64,000 bases of DNA. Origin: Escherichia coli. GTDB lineage: Bacteria > Pseudomonadota > Gammaproteobacteria > Enterobacterales > Enterobacteriaceae. Where the stretch lies: assembly GCF_003790525.1 (NCBI RefSeq), contig NZ_CP033635.1, one strand, 5' to 3'. Positions 20,468-32,045 of the stretch are shown piece after piece. The position numbers were made by a program, and so were the translations under genes. Position 1 is the stretch's first letter, and every line of letters begins with the position of its first letter. The notes under the pieces are model-generated. The model was not told where the DNA came from, did not search any database, and was given only the letters and a program-made list of their open reading frames with translations.

Positions 20468-21619
20468 ATGGCAGCTTCAACCTTTTTTATTCCTTCCGTG
20501 AATGTTATTGGTGCTGATTCATTGAATGATGCAATGAATATGATGGCAGATTATGGATTTACCCGTACCTTAATTGTCACCGACAATATGTTAACGAAAT
20601 TGGGTATGGCGGGTGATGTGCAAAAAGCACTGGAAGAACGCAATATTTTTAGCGTTATTTATGATGGCACCCAACCTAACCCCACCACGGAAAACGTCGC
20701 CGCAGGTTTGAAATTACTTAAAGAAAATAATTGCGATAGCGTGATCTCCTTAGGCGGTGGTTCTCCGCACGACTGCGCAAAAGGTATTGCGCTGGTGGCA
20801 GCCAATGGCGGCGATATTCGCGATTACGAAGGCGTTGACCGCTCTGCAAAACCGCAGCTGCCGATGATCGCCATCAATACCACGGCGGGTACGGCCTCTG
20901 AAATGACCCGTTTCTGCATCATCACTGACGAAGCGCGTCATATCAAAATGGCGATTGTTGATAAACATGTAACTCCGTTGCTTTCTGTCAATGACTCATC
21001 TCTGATGGTCGGTATGCCGAAGTCACTGACCGCCGCAACGGGTATGGATGCCTTAACGCACGCTATCGAAGCGTATGTTTCTATTGCCGCCACGCCGATC
21101 ACTGACGCTTGCGCCCTGAAAGCCGTGACCATGATTGCCGAAAACCTGCCGTTAGCCGTTGAAGATGGCAGTAATGCGAAAGCGCGTGAAGCAATGGCTT
21201 ATGCCCAGTTCCTCGCCGGTATGGCGTTCAATAATGCTTCTCTGGGTTATGTTCATGCGATGGCGCACCAGCTGGGCGGTTTCTACAACCTGCCACACGG
21301 TGTATGTAATGCTGTTCTGCTGCCACACGTTCAGGTATTCAATAGCAAAGTCGCTGCAGCACGTCTGCGTGACTGTGCCGCTGCAATGGGCGTGAACGTG
21401 ACTGGTAAAAACGACGCGGAAGGTGCTGAAGCCTGCATTAACGCCATCCGTGAACTGGCGAAGAAAGTGGATATCCCGGCAGGCCTGCGTGACCTGAACG
21501 TGAAAGAAGAAGATTTCGCGGTACTGGCCACCAATGCCCTGAAAGATGCGTGTGGGTTTACTAACCCGATTCAGGCAACTCACGAAGAGATTGTGGCAAT
21601 TTATCGCGCTGCGATGTAA
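20468..21619 (+). CDS. yiaY: iron-containing alcohol dehydrogenase family protein
   Basis: 383-aa ORF; Fe-ADH family features. Confidence 0.9.
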   Translation: MAASTFFIPSVNVIGADSLNDAMNMMADYGFTRTLIVTDNMLTKLGMAGDVQKALEERNIFSVIYDGTQPNPTTENVAAGLKLLKENNCDSVISLGGGSPHDCAKGIALVAANGGDIRDYEGVDRSAKPQLPMIAINTTAGTASEMTRFCIITDEARHIKMAIVDKHVTPLLSVNDSSLMVGMPKSLTAATGMDALTHAIEAYVSIAATPITDACALKAVTMIAENLPLAVEDGSNAKAREAMAYAQFLAGMAFNNASLGYVHAMAHQLGGFYNLPHGVCNAVLLPHVQVFNSKVAAARLRDCAAAMGVNVTGKNDAEGAEACINAIRELAKKVDIPAGLRDLNVKEEDFAVLATNALKDACGFTNPIQATHEEIVAIYRAAM

Positions 21620-21665
21620 TCATCATTCCCACAATGGCTGGCGAGTTGTCAGCCGCTTTTTCAAC

Positions 21666-21743
21666 TATCTCAAAACTTGCTTTTTTTGAGATAGTTTCTC
21701 TTTCCTGCTATATACTATCTCAATATTGCGCTTTTTTGAGATA
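21666..21743 (+). promoter_or_regulatory. two copies of the palindrome tatctcaa(aa)-N8/10-ttttgagata upstream of the Fic gene (candidate operator)
   Basis: Copy 1 21666-21693, copy 2 21715-21743; tatact -10-like hexamer at 21711-21716 between them. Confidence 0.5.
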
Positions 21744-21748
21744 AGCAC

Positions 21749-23044
21749 ATGGCTATCAAATCACCTCCCGGACTTATTCCTTTATCACACTTATCGGGTG
21801 AGGAACTCCTGGCCCACCTGCGCTTTAACCGGGTTACCGATGAAAAAGGACGTTATCTGCCTTTTGATGAGTTGCAGTACCGCATCAAAAAAGGAGAAAA
21901 CGTCGATGTGGCGTGGACGCTTACCCGTCTGGCGCGCAACGCGGCGATCCAACGAATTAATTATTGCAATGAAGCGGGTGAACAGGCCGGATTCAACATT
22001 ACCCCGGTGATTGCAGAAGCGTGCGAGCTTGTCGACAAACGTGCTACCGCGCTGGCGCTGAAAGATCAGACTGAACGGTTACGCGGGGCCGGAGCCGAGT
22101 TAAGCCAGTTACGCCTGGAAGAGCCGATCACCAGCTCCCAGCTGGAGGGTGCGAATACTACAACGCTGGTGGCGAGAAAAATGCTGGAAACAGGGCGGTC
22201 GCCACGCACTGAAGACGAGCATATGATTGCGGGAAATGCCCGGCTGATGGCGGAAATTCCGCACTTACTCGCAGAACCGCTGACACCTGCGCTTATTCGC
22301 CAGTTACATGCCATTGGTATGGGTGGAATCAATGACGCGAAATATCGTCCGGGAGAATTTCGTGAAACAGATGATGTTGTGATCGCCGACTATGATGGCA
22401 ATATAGTGCATCAACCGCCCGCTGCGGCATTGTTACCGGAACGGCTGGAAAAAGTTTGCCAGTGGTTAAACAGCCATGAAGGGTATATTCATCCGTTGGT
22501 CCGTGCCTGCATTCTGCATTTTATGCTGGCCCATGAACATCCGTTTCGGGATGGCAACGGGCGCACCAGTCGGGCGCTGTTTTACTGGTATATGCTGAAA
22601 TCGGGCTACGATGTCTTTAAATATATTTCCATCAGCCGTTTGCTTCATGCTGCACCGGTCAAATATGCCGCCAGCTACCAGTACACTGAATCAGATGGTA
22701 TGGATCTGACTTATTTCCTTGAATATCAGGCGGGTGTCATTAAACGTGCTCTGCAAAACTGGCAGCAGCATATCGATGAAATTACACAACGAAGCGCAAA
22801 ACTCGATAGTGTGCTGTTTAGCTCTGGTGTGCTTAAACGCCTGAATCCGCGCCAGGTAACGCTCCTGAATGTGATGCTCGCCAATCCGGGGAAAGAGTAC
22901 ACAGTTGCTGAAATTAGCGCGAGCCTGGGCGTCTCTGATAATACGGCTCGAGCTGATTTACGGACAATTGTTAAAGAAGGGTTTGCGCAAGAGAAGAAAA
23001 TTAATGACCAGCAAGCCGTGTACTTCGCGCATTATCCGCTGTAA
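21749..23044 (+). CDS. Fic-domain protein (putative AMP-transferase) with N-terminal inhibitory motif and C-terminal HTH-like tail
   Basis: 431-aa ORF with ATG start; Fic motif [12 protein letters not shown] at nt 22538-22573; upstream SSQLEG matches the (S/T)xxxE(G/N) inhibitory motif; C-terminal segment [30 protein letters not shown] is HTH-like. Confidence 0.8.
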   Translation: MAIKSPPGLIPLSHLSGEELLAHLRFNRVTDEKGRYLPFDELQYRIKKGENVDVAWTLTRLARNAAIQRINYCNEAGEQAGFNITPVIAEACELVDKRATALALKDQTERLRGAGAELSQLRLEEPITSSQLEGANTTTLVARKMLETGRSPRTEDEHMIAGNARLMAEIPHLLAEPLTPALIRQLHAIGMGGINDAKYRPGEFRETDDVVIADYDGNIVHQPPAAALLPERLEKVCQWLNSHEGYIHPLVRACILHFMLAHEHPFRDGNGRTSRALFYWYMLKSGYDVFKYISISRLLHAAPVKYAASYQYTESDGMDLTYFLEYQAGVIKRALQNWQQHIDEITQRSAKLDSVLFSSGVLKRLNPRQVTLLNVMLANPGKEYTVAEISASLGVSDNTARADLRTIVKEGFAQEKKINDQQAVYFAHYPL

Positions 23045-23151
23045 CCCTTGCCCGTAAATTCGTGATAGCCGTCGTAAAGCTGTTATCGACTGGCGAAGAT
23101 TTCGCCAGTCACGTCTACCCTTGTTATACCTCACACCGCAAGGAGACGATC

Positions 23152-24690
23152 ATGACCAATAATCCCCCTTCAGCACAGATTAAGCCCGGCGAGTATGGTT
23201 TCCCCCTCAAGTTAAAAGCCCGCTACGACAACTTTATTGGCGGCGAATGGGTAGCCCCTGCCGACGGCGAGTATTACCAGAACCTGACGCCGGTGACCGG
23301 ACAGCTGCTGTGCGAAGTGGCGTCTTCGGGCAAACGAGACATCGATCTGGCGCTGGATGCTGCGCACAAAGTGAAAGATAAATGGGCGCATACTTCGGTG
23401 CAGGATCGCGCGGCGATTCTGTTTAAGATTGCCGATCGGATGGAGCAGAACCTCGAACTGTTAGCGACCGCTGAAACCTGGGATAACGGCAAACCCATTC
23501 GCGAAACCAGTGCTGCTGATGTGCCGCTGGCGATTGACCATTTTCGCTATTTTGCCTCGTGTATTCGGGCGCAGGAAGGCGGTATTAGTGAAGTGGATAG
23601 CGAAACTGTGGCTTATCACTTCCACGAACCGTTAGGCGTGGTGGGGCAGATTATTCCGTGGAACTTCCCGCTGCTGATGGCGAGCTGGAAAATGGCTCCC
23701 GCGCTGGCGGCGGGCAACTGTGTGGTGCTGAAACCCGCACGTCTTACCCCGCTCTCAGTACTGCTGCTAATGGAAATCGTCGGTGATTTACTGCCGCCGG
23801 GCGTGGTGAACGTGGTCAACGGTGCGGGCGGAGAAATTGGCGAATATCTGGCGACCTCGAAACGCATCGCCAAAGTGGCGTTTACCGGCTCAACGGAAGT
23901 GGGCCAACAAATTATGCAGTACGCCACGCAAAACATTATTCCGGTGACGCTGGAGCTGGGCGGCAAATCCCCAAATATCTTCTTTGCTGATGTGATGGAT
24001 GAAGAAGATGCCTTTTTCGATAAAGCGCTGGAAGGCTTTGCACTGTTTGCCTTTAACCAGGGCGAAGTTTGCACCTGTCCAAGCCGTGCTTTAGTGCAGG
24101 AGTCTATCTACGAACGCTTTATGGAACGCGCCATCCGCCGTGTCGAAAGCATTCGCAGCGGTAACCCGCTCGACAGCGTGACGCAAATGGGGGCGCAGGT
24201 TTCGCACGGGCAATTGGAAACCATCCTCAACTACATTGATATTGGTAAAAAAGAGGGCGCAGACGTGCTCACCGGCGGGCGGCGCAAGCTGCTGGAAGGC
24301 GAACTGAAAGACGGCTACTACCTCGAACCGACGATTCTGTTTGGTCAGAATAATATGCGCGTGTTCCAGGAAGAAATTTTTGGTCCGGTGCTGGCGGTGA
24401 CCACCTTCAAAACGATGGAAGAAGCGCTGGAGCTGGCGAACGACACGCAATATGGCCTGGGCGCGGGTGTCTGGAGCCGCAACGGTAATCTGGCCTATAA
24501 GATGGGGCGCGGCATTCAGGCCGGGCGCGTGTGGACCAACTGTTATCACGCTTACCCGGCACATGCGGCGTTTGGCGGCTACAAACAGTCGGGCATCGGA
24601 CGCGAAACCCATAAGATGATGCTTGAGCATTACCAGCAAACCAAGTGCCTGCTGGTGAGCTACTCGGATAAACCGTTGGGGCTGTTCTGA
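23152..24690 (+). CDS. aldB: aldehyde dehydrogenase B
   Basis: 512-aa product from ATG at 23152 preceded by aaggag; ORF track extends upstream to 23062. Confidence 0.9.
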   Translation: MTNNPPSAQIKPGEYGFPLKLKARYDNFIGGEWVAPADGEYYQNLTPVTGQLLCEVASSGKRDIDLALDAAHKVKDKWAHTSVQDRAAILFKIADRMEQNLELLATAETWDNGKPIRETSAADVPLAIDHFRYFASCIRAQEGGISEVDSETVAYHFHEPLGVVGQIIPWNFPLLMASWKMAPALAAGNCVVLKPARLTPLSVLLLMEIVGDLLPPGVVNVVNGAGGEIGEYLATSKRIAKVAFTGSTEVGQQIMQYATQNIIPVTLELGGKSPNIFFADVMDEEDAFFDKALEGFALFAFNQGEVCTCPSRALVQESIYERFMERAIRRVESIRSGNPLDSVTQMGAQVSHGQLETILNYIDIGKKEGADVLTGGRRKLLEGELKDGYYLEPTILFGQNNMRVFQEEIFGPVLAVTTFKTMEEALELANDTQYGLGAGVWSRNGNLAYKMGRGIQAGRVWTNCYHAYPAHAAFGGYKQSGIGRETHKMMLEHYQQTKCLLVSYSDKPLGLF

Positions 24691-24721
24691 TATAAGAAGC
24701 TGGTCGCATTGGGTATTCATT

Positions 24722-24803
24722 GCCTGATGCGACGCTTACGCGTCTTATCATGCCTACGGGGACCTGACCGTAGGCCGGATAAGGCGTACACGCCGCATCC
24801 GGC
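24722..24803. repeat. REP/BIME elements downstream of aldB
   Basis: gcctgatgcgacgc... and ...gccggataaggcgtacacgccgcatccggc REP-type palindromes. Confidence 0.7.
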
Positions 24804-25233
24804 ATAAACAAAGCGCACGTTGTTACAATTTACGTTTTAAATCTACGTGCGCAATAACCCAGACTACGCCAACAGAAGTGCGTTTCTGGGGCGTGTTTTG
24901 CCAGGAGTTTAATCTCGCGTTTCGATGGTGAGCGGGCGAACCAGGCCATAAATCACCATTGGCGTTCCGAGGCCAATCAGCAATAAACGGTAGATAATTG
25001 AAGGTTTAATACGCTTAATCTGCATTGTGGATGTTTTACGGTTTTTATTCATAAATTTGGTCAATAGTTACATTATTTCAATATGATAAGCTTCGACCTA
25101 TTGAAAAGCCAGGCACACACTTCAGAAAGTATATAAAAAACCATATGTCGTTATATAAATAAGGAAATTGCACCGCATTATGGTATTTCATAATATGCGT
25201 TAATTGTTCTTTTTTATATTCTCTGAGGGAAAT

Positions 25234-25557
25234 ATGTTCCTGGATTATTTTGCACTGGGAGTGCTTATTTTTGTATTTCTGGTGATCTTCTATGGGATTA
25301 TTATTTTACATGATATTCCCTACCTGATTGCTAAAAAACGTAATCATCCACATGCCGACGCCATTCATGTTGCTGGTTGGGTAAGTCTTTTTACGTTACA
25401 TGTTATCTGGCCATTTTTGTGGATTTGGGCCACGCTTTACCGCCCGGAGCGTGGATGGGGAATGCAAAACCATGACTCCTCCGTTGTGCAACTACAACAG
25501 CGTATTGCCGGGCTGGAGAAACAGCTCGCTGACATCAAATCCTCTTCTGCCGAGTAA
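25234..25557 (+). CDS. yiaW: small inner-membrane protein, DUF3302 family
   Basis: 107-aa product from ATG at 25234 (track start 25204 is TTG); gaggga RBS; close paralog of the yibI product. Confidence 0.85.
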   Translation: MFLDYFALGVLIFVFLVIFYGIIILHDIPYLIAKKRNHPHADAIHVAGWVSLFTLHVIWPFLWIWATLYRPERGWGMQNHDSSVVQLQQRIAGLEKQLADIKSSSAE

Positions 25558-25562
25558 TACTT

Positions 25563-26699
25563 ATGGATTTACTGATTATTTTAACCTATGTGGCTTTCGC
25601 ATGGGCAATGTTTAAGATCTTTAAAATTCCTGTAAATAAATGGACCATTCCCACAGCGGCCCTGGGAGGCATATTTATTGTCAGCGGTCTAATTCTGTTA
25701 ATGAACTATAACCATCCGTATACCTTTAAAGCGCAAAAAGCGGTTATTTCTATTCCTGTTGTCCCACAGGTGACAGGCGTGGTGATCGAAGTGACGGACA
25801 AGAAAAATACGCTGATTAAAAAAGGTGAGGTGCTATTTCGACTGGACCCGACGCGTTATCAGGCGCGGGTGGATCGGCTGATGGCGGATATCGTTACCGC
25901 AGAACATAAACAGCGGGCGTTGGGCGCAGAGTTAGATGAGATGGCGGCGAATACTCAGCAGGCAAAGGCCACGCGGGATAAATTCGCTAAAGAGTATCAG
26001 CGTTACGCACGCGGCAGTCAGGCGAAAGTAAACCCGTTTTCAGAACGCGATATCGATGTGGCGCGGCAAAATTATCTGGCGCAGGAAGCCTCCGTGAAGT
26101 CATCGGCGGCGGAACAAAAACAGATCCTGAGCCAGCTGGATAGCCTGGTGTTGGGTGAACATTCTCAAATCGCCAGCCTGAAAGCGCAGCTCGCGGAAGC
26201 AAAATATAACCTTGAGCAGACGATAGTGCGTGCGCCGAGCGATGGTTATGTGACCCAGGTACTGATTCGTCCGGGTACCTATGCCGCGTCGCTGCCGCTA
26301 CGTCCGGTGATGGTGTTTATACCCGATCAGAAACGACAAATCGTGGCGCAGTTCCGTCAGAACTCCTTGCTGCGACTGGCTCCTGGCGACGATGCGGAAG
26401 TGGTGTTTAATGCTCTGCCAGGTAAGGTATTCAGCGGTAAGCTGGCAGCCATTAGTCCAGCCGTTCCCGGCGGAGCTTATCAGTCGACCGGCACCTTACA
26501 GACGTTAAACACAGCGCCGGGTTCAGATGGCGTTATCGCGACCATTGAACTGGATGAGCATACTGATTTGAGCGCATTACCAGACGGTATTTACGCCCAG
26601 GTGGCGGTCTACTCTGATCATTTCAGCCATGTCTCGGTGATGCGCAAAGTACTGTTACGCATGACCAGCTGGGTGCATTACCTTTATCTCGATCATTAA
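25563..26699 (+). CDS. yiaV: HlyD-family membrane fusion-like protein
   Basis: 378-aa ORF; close paralog of the yibH product, same length. Confidence 0.88.
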   Translation: MDLLIILTYVAFAWAMFKIFKIPVNKWTIPTAALGGIFIVSGLILLMNYNHPYTFKAQKAVISIPVVPQVTGVVIEVTDKKNTLIKKGEVLFRLDPTRYQARVDRLMADIVTAEHKQRALGAELDEMAANTQQAKATRDKFAKEYQRYARGSQAKVNPFSERDIDVARQNYLAQEASVKSSAAEQKQILSQLDSLVLGEHSQIASLKAQLAEAKYNLEQTIVRAPSDGYVTQVLIRPGTYAASLPLRPVMVFIPDQKRQIVAQFRQNSLLRLAPGDDAEVVFNALPGKVFSGKLAAISPAVPGGAYQSTGTLQTLNTAPGSDGVIATIELDEHTDLSALPDGIYAQVAVYSDHFSHVSVMRKVLLRMTSWVHYLYLDH

Positions 26700-27670
26700 T
26701 CTTCGCTTTCCGCCGCTTGTTCAGGCCGCAGTTGCTGCGACTGAGCAAGCTGGTGGCGAATTTCACGCAGCATTTCATCCAGCACATACTGGACCCGCCA
26801 GGGCTGGTATTCCCGTTTACGGAAGATAGCCACCAGATCCAGCCACCATTCATACGGGTGCTGAAAGCAGGGCACCAGCGTGCCGTCTTGCAGGTCGCTC
26901 TGCACACTTTTGTCTGGCGCAAACACAATCCCCAGGTGATTTCGTGCCAGCTCCAGCGCAGATTGCGTGTTGTCGCAAACGTAATTTCCCTTCACGCGAT
27001 AATCCCGCACCTCTTTACTCCCGGCGACGTTGAAGCGCCAGATATTCGCGTCGTCGATCATCATCGAGTCGATCAAAATACAGGAGTGATGTTCGAGTTC
27101 GTCAGGACGGCTAATGGGATGTTTCTCAAGATAGCGCTGGCTGGCATAAGCGGTTACGGCATATTGGGTAATAAAACTGGCAACCAGCGATTCATCTTTT
27201 GGTTGGGCGTAGCTGATTAAAACATCACAATCATCGGGAAATTCGACGCCTTCATAAAAGGCATTACGCTCAAGATTGCAGGTTTTTAGCGATAAGGTGA
27301 TATCACCGATATCTTTAATTTTATCGATTACATGTTTGGATAAATAGGTAATTATGCCGGTTGGTGCATAGATAGTGACCCGACCACGTTTCTCATGCTT
27401 ATAATCTGCAATAAAATTATTAAGCTGCTCGTTTCTGTCCAGCATGTCGTTGATGTACGGTAACAGCACGGTGCCAAAAGGTGTGAGCATCAGCTGTCGG
27501 GTGGTTCGGTCAAAGACTTTTAAACCCACTTTTGATTCAAAATCAGCAAGATATTTGCTGACGTTGGCCTGTGCGATGCCAAGTACAGTCGCGGCATGGC
27601 TGATATTTTCACTGGCAGCGATTACCGAGATAATTTTTAACTCCCGGTACTTAAGTTGTAATTTTGTCAT
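26696..27670 (-). CDS. yiaU: LysR-family transcriptional regulator
   Basis: 324-aa ORF; N-terminal LysR-type HTH; stop codon overlaps the yiaV stop. Confidence 0.88.
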   Translation of the reverse strand: MTKLQLKYRELKIISVIAASENISHAATVLGIAQANVSKYLADFESKVGLKVFDRTTRQLMLTPFGTVLLPYINDMLDRNEQLNNFIADYKHEKRGRVTIYAPTGIITYLSKHVIDKIKDIGDITLSLKTCNLERNAFYEGVEFPDDCDVLISYAQPKDESLVASFITQYAVTAYASQRYLEKHPISRPDELEHHSCILIDSMMIDDANIWRFNVAGSKEVRDYRVKGNYVCDNTQSALELARNHLGIVFAPDKSVQSDLQDGTLVPCFQHPYEWWLDLVAIFRKREYQPWRVQYVLDEMLREIRHQLAQSQQLRPEQAAESED

Positions 27671-27793
27671 CGCAACAGCCCAATTATATATAATTTTATA
27701 TATTACTATATAAATATGAATCTTGCACCGGAGAAATTGTAAGCATTACTATGCCGACTCTTTTTTATCTTATTTTAAAATGGAATACCGGAC

Positions 27794-28534
27794 ATGTTAA
27801 TTAACCGCAATATTGTGGCGTTATTTGCGTTGCCTTTTATGGCAAGCGCAACTGCTTCTGAATTATCCATTGGTGCTGGTGCGGCTTATAATGAATCGCC
27901 TTATCGCGGTTATAATGAAAATACAAATGCAATTCCGCTGATTAGTTATGAAGGTGATTCTTTTTATGTTCGTCAGACCACGTTAGGTTTTATTCTGTCG
28001 CAAAGTGAAAAAAATGAACTTAGCCTGACCGCATCCTGGATGCCGCTGGAATTTGACCCTGCCGATAATGACGATTATGCCATGCAACAGCTTGATAAGC
28101 GTGATAGTACGGCTATGGCGGGGGTTGCCTGGTATCACCACGAGCGTTGGGGAACCGTGAAAGCCTCTGCGGCTGCGGACGTTCTGGATAACAGCAACGG
28201 CTGGGTGGGTGAGCTATCGGTATTCCACAAAATGCAGATAGGTCGCCTGTCGCTGACACCTGCGCTGGGCGTTCTCTATTATGACGAGAATTTCAGTGAC
28301 TATTACTATGGCATTTCAGAGAGTGAGTCCCGTCGTAGCGGTCTGGCAAGTTATTCCGCGCAGGATGCCTGGGTGCCCTATGTCAGCCTGACGGCAAAAT
28401 ACCCGATAGGAGAGCACGTCGTATTGATGGCGAGCGCCGGATACAGCGAGCTGCCGGAAGAGATTACCGACAGCCCGATGGTTGATCGTAATGAGAGTTT
28501 TACCTTTGTCACCGGCGTGAGCTGGCGTTTTTAA
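27794..28534 (+). CDS. yiaT: MipA/OmpV-family outer membrane protein
   Basis: 246-aa ORF with signal peptide; C-terminal ...VSWRF aromatic end typical of an OM beta-barrel. Confidence 0.85.
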   Translation: MLINRNIVALFALPFMASATASELSIGAGAAYNESPYRGYNENTNAIPLISYEGDSFYVRQTTLGFILSQSEKNELSLTASWMPLEFDPADNDDYAMQQLDKRDSTAMAGVAWYHHERWGTVKASAAADVLDNSNGWVGELSVFHKMQIGRLSLTPALGVLYYDENFSDYYYGISESESRRSGLASYSAQDAWVPYVSLTAKYPIGEHVVLMASAGYSELPEEITDSPMVDRNESFTFVTGVSWRF

Positions 28535-28548
28535 TTCACCGGTGGATG

Positions 28549-28666
28549 TCGGTGCGGCTGGCCTACGTTCTCGCACCGACTCGTGGGCCTGATAAGACGC
28601 GTTAAGCGCCGCATCAGGCAATGTGCACCCTACGGTGGATGCGGCGCGAGCGCCTTATCCAACCTA
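28549..28666. repeat. REP/BIME cluster between yiaT and the GH127 gene
   Basis: Palindrome gtcggtgcgg...ccgcaccgac plus REP-type units gcctgataagacgcgttaagcgccgcatcaggc and gatgcggcgcgagcgccttatcc. Confidence 0.65.
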
Positions 28667-30634
28667 CGGATGGCAATGCTTTTCCTCATTCACCCAGATC
28701 CGCATTTCGCCTTCACCCCGGTTAGCCCAGCTAAACCACGGGATAAATGTCAGAGTTTGCGGCTGGCGTTTGGCTGGGGCATAGTCGTAATGCCACAGCG
28801 GTTGCTGCTCTGGATTGCTCTGTTCATACCGGTAACCCGGTGCCTGGATTAAGATCTTATGGCGGAACAATCCCTTGCCTTCAAATGTCGTAAATGGCGC
28901 ATCGGCGGGCAGCCACAGGTTATGCAGTGACTCGCCGTTGTCGGCCTGTTCCAGGCAATACACCAGCGGGCCGCGCTGAATCGCCACTTTTCCGGCGACG
29001 TGACGCACCAGCGGGTTACCGTAAACGCGACGTACCGGCATTGGCAACGTCAGATTCAGCGTGTCGCCCTCCTGCCATTCGCGGGTAATGTGCAAATACC
29101 CTTTACGAATATCCTGCTCGACCTCTTCCCCATTCAATGTAATCTGCGGCTGTGTGCACCAGTCCGGCAGACGTAAAGCCAGCGTATGACGCACCGGCTG
29201 GGGCGATTCAACCGCAATTGTCACCTGTTCCTGCCACGGATAGTTTCCGCTAACCCGCAGGCGCAACGTGCCATTTTCTACCGGCACTTCCATGCTGTTT
29301 CCTGCGTATATGTTGATATACAACGCATCTTCACGCGGCGTGTAGAGATAATGACCAATCGAGGTTAGCACGCGGGCGATATTTGGCGGACAACAAGCGC
29401 AACCAAACCAACGCTGGCGGATCGGCTTAACGTGATCGTAGATATGGTTGAATTTCAGCGATTTTGGATGTACTTCCAGCGGATTCACATAGAAGAAATG
29501 TTTGCCATCCAGCGCCATGCCGCCGAGCACGGTGTTGTACAGTGCGCGCTCCATCACATCGGCATATTGACTGTCGCCTTCCATTTCCAGCATTCGCCGG
29601 GCGAACATCATCAGGCCGATGGAAGCACAGCTTTCGGCGTATACCGTGTCATTCGGCAGATCGTAATCGCTGCTGAACGCTTCACCGCTGCTCTGTGAGC
29701 CAATGCCGCCGGTAATATATAACTGACGCTGGGCCATATTGTTCCACAGCCGCAAGCAATCCTGACGCTTGCTTTCATCGTGACTTAAACGCGCGAGATG
29801 CGCGACGCCGGTCATCAGGTAGACAAAACGTACCGCGTGACCAATGGCGGTTTGCTGCTGTGCGATGGGCAAATGTGCCTGGCTGTAGGCTTTGTCTTTC
29901 ACCATCCACGCCGGGCCGTAGGTGTGCCAGTGCGAGGTCTGCCCGCGCTTTTCATATTCCTGGTCGTAATAGTGCGGTTGCGCACCACGCTGTTCGACAA
30001 AATAGTTCGTCAGCGCCAGGTAGCGCGGCTCTTCGGTCACTTCATACAGGCGCATTAGTGCCAGTTCAATTTCCGGGTGACCAGGATAACCGTGTAACTT
30101 ACTTTCATCTGGACCAAATACGCTGTCGATATGATCGGTCAGACGGCAAACCACTTCCAGCAAGCGCCGCTTGCCCGTAGCCTGGAAGAAGGCGACTCCG
30201 GCTTCAATCAGATGACCCGCGCAGTAAAGTTCATGACACTCCGCCAGATTGCTCCAGCGTTCTTCGGGCGCTTTTACCGTAAAGTAAGTATTGAGATAGC
30301 CATCTTCACACTGGGCGGAGGCGATCAGTTCAATCACCTCGTCGGCGGTTTTTTCCAGTTCGGCGTCCGGCTTCTGGCACAGCGACCAGGCTACCGCTTC
30401 CAGCCATTTGGCGACGTCGCTGTCCTGAAACACCATCCCGTAAAATTCACCGTCTTGCAGTCCTGCGGCAATGCGAAAGTTTTCAATCGCATGGCTGGGT
30501 TCCGCTTCTGGGATACGATCGTTCAAGGCGTCCCACTGATAAGGAATCACCACATCGCGGACCAGTTGTTGGTACTGACCGAGGAACGGATCGCTGACCG
30601 TCAGTTTATGCAGATCGACTTCCGAAATGTTCAT
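28664..30634 (-). CDS. glycoside hydrolase family 127-like protein (DUF1680; putative beta-L-arabinofuranosidase-type)
   Basis: About 656 aa from ATG at 30634 preceded by taaggag; no signal peptide; conserved Cys-rich C-terminal region; family assignment from memory. Confidence 0.6.
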   Translation of the reverse strand: MNISEVDLHKLTVSDPFLGQYQQLVRDVVIPYQWDALNDRIPEAEPSHAIENFRIAAGLQDGEFYGMVFQDSDVAKWLEAVAWSLCQKPDAELEKTADEVIELIASAQCEDGYLNTYFTVKAPEERWSNLAECHELYCAGHLIEAGVAFFQATGKRRLLEVVCRLTDHIDSVFGPDESKLHGYPGHPEIELALMRLYEVTEEPRYLALTNYFVEQRGAQPHYYDQEYEKRGQTSHWHTYGPAWMVKDKAYSQAHLPIAQQQTAIGHAVRFVYLMTGVAHLARLSHDESKRQDCLRLWNNMAQRQLYITGGIGSQSSGEAFSSDYDLPNDTVYAESCASIGLMMFARRMLEMEGDSQYADVMERALYNTVLGGMALDGKHFFYVNPLEVHPKSLKFNHIYDHVKPIRQRWFGCACCPPNIARVLTSIGHYLYTPREDALYINIYAGNSMEVPVENGTLRLRVSGNYPWQEQVTIAVESPQPVRHTLALRLPDWCTQPQITLNGEEVEQDIRKGYLHITREWQEGDTLNLTLPMPVRRVYGNPLVRHVAGKVAIQRGPLVYCLEQADNGESLHNLWLPADAPFTTFEGKGLFRHKILIQAPGYRYEQSNPEQQPLWHYDYAPAKRQPQTLTFIPWFSWANRGEGEMRIWVNEEKHCHP

Positions 30635-30644
30635 CTTGTGCTCC

Positions 30645-32045
30645 TTAAGGCTGTACATGACGCTGACGCAGGTCGCTAGCAATGCGTGACATCATAGGGT
30701 TATTGAGTTTGCAAAAGCGGATCGCCATCGCCAGCAGCAGGTGGAACAGCGCAGGCAGCAATGTTTCCATTGCTGTGATCCCGCCAAGCGAACTGGCGGT
30801 CTGGTTTTCCACGCCTGGCTGGTAGGCGACAAAAATAAACAGCAGGCTGATGATCCCGGCGCTGGAGGCCCAGGCCAGCTTGATGAAAAACAGATTGAAG
30901 GCGAAGTTCATGCCGGAAGAACGTACGCGGGTTTTCCACTCGCCGTAGTCATCGGCAAAGGCCATCAATGAGAAGTGCAATGGCAATGTGAAGCCAAGAA
31001 TCACGCCATTACCGAGGATCACCGCCAGCCACAGCGTTTGATAAGCCGGGCTGGAGGGCAGGAACCACATCAACACCGCCAGCGCAGCGAGGAGCAGGTT
31101 GGTGTAGTAATAAATTTTGACGGTATCGAAACGCCGCGTTAACGGGCTGACAATCACCGAGCCGATAATGGAGGCGAAGGTGACCATAGTGAAGAACAGC
31201 GACGTGTAGCCCGTACTGCCTTGTAAGACGTAGGTAATGAAGTACATATACCCACCGCCGCGAATATTAAAGACGTTAATCAGCAGGAAAGACATGACCA
31301 GCATCAGCAGCAGTTGGTCGTTGTTCCGCAGCCCGGCAAGATGTTCGCGCAGGGTAAATTTCCCCATTGTGGAGAGTGGCACCCGTTCACGAACCCAGAA
31401 GAAACAGCACAGGAACATCACCACAGCGATGGCGCACAGCACGCCGACGCCCAGTTGATAGCCGCGCGCGGCATTACCCTGACCGAAGAGATCTACCATC
31501 CACGGTAAGCCTACCGAAACCAGAAATCCCGCCACGCCGCAGAGAACGAATCGCCAGGACTGGCAGGAGATCACTTCATTGTGGCGGGTGGTCATGGTGT
31601 TGATCAGCGCGCAGTACGGCACGTTGATGGCGGTATAACCGACTGAAAGGAGCAGGTAAGTGCCGAACGCCCAGGCGATTTTTACTCCCATGCTGGCATC
31701 TGGCACGGTGAACGTCAGGATGCCGATAATGCCGATGGGAATGGCAATCCACAACTGCCACGGACGAAAGCGCCCCCAGCGACTTTGCGTCCGGTCGGCA
31801 ATGACGCCCATCACCGGGTCGGAGATGGCATCAAACACGCGCAGTGCAATAAACAGCGTGCCGACCAGCGCCGGAGTTAAGCCAAAAACGTCGGTGTAGA
31901 AAAAGGTGAGAAAGTTCATGATCAGGCAAGTTATTACGGTGCCGCCTGCGTCACCCAGGCCGTAGCCTATTTTTTCCCGTACAGATAACGCATCGTCAAT
32001 TTTACCTTTAGCGATATCAGCGGTAGTAATCGGTGTAGAGGTCAT
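30645..32045 (-). CDS. GPH-family (glycoside-pentoside-hexuronide) cation symporter, MFS superfamily
   Basis: 466-aa polytopic membrane ORF; N-terminal GPH-type signature ...[25 protein letters not shown]. Confidence 0.75.
   Translation of the reverse strand: MTSTPITTADIAKGKIDDALSVREKIGYGLGDAGGTVITCLIMNFLTFFYTDVFGLTPALVGTLFIALRVFDAISDPVMGVIADRTQSRWGRFRPWQLWIAIPIGIIGILTFTVPDASMGVKIAWAFGTYLLLSVGYTAINVPYCALINTMTTRHNEVISCQSWRFVLCGVAGFLVSVGLPWMVDLFGQGNAARGYQLGVGVLCAIAVVMFLCCFFWVRERVPLSTMGKFTLREHLAGLRNNDQLLLMLVMSFLLINVFNIRGGGYMYFITYVLQGSTGYTSLFFTMVTFASIIGSVIVSPLTRRFDTVKIYYYTNLLLAALAVLMWFLPSSPAYQTLWLAVILGNGVILGFTLPLHFSLMAFADDYGEWKTRVRSSGMNFAFNLFFIKLAWASSAGIISLLFIFVAYQPGVENQTASSLGGITAMETLLPALFHLLLAMAIRFCKLNNPMMSRIASDLRQRHVQP

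Noticed and set aside
21726-22010. 94-aa ORF overlapping the start of the Fic gene in another frame
   Set aside because: Out-of-frame overlap with a well-supported 431-aa gene; no independent support.
24091-24720. 209-aa ORF on the minus strand
   Set aside because: Antisense within aldB; spurious.
24909-25053. Possible small minus-strand ORF upstream of yiaW
   Set aside because: Careful re-reading gives ATG AAT AAA AAC CGT AAA ACA TCC ACA ATG CAG GAT TAA, a stop after 12 codons; my first reading dropped a base.
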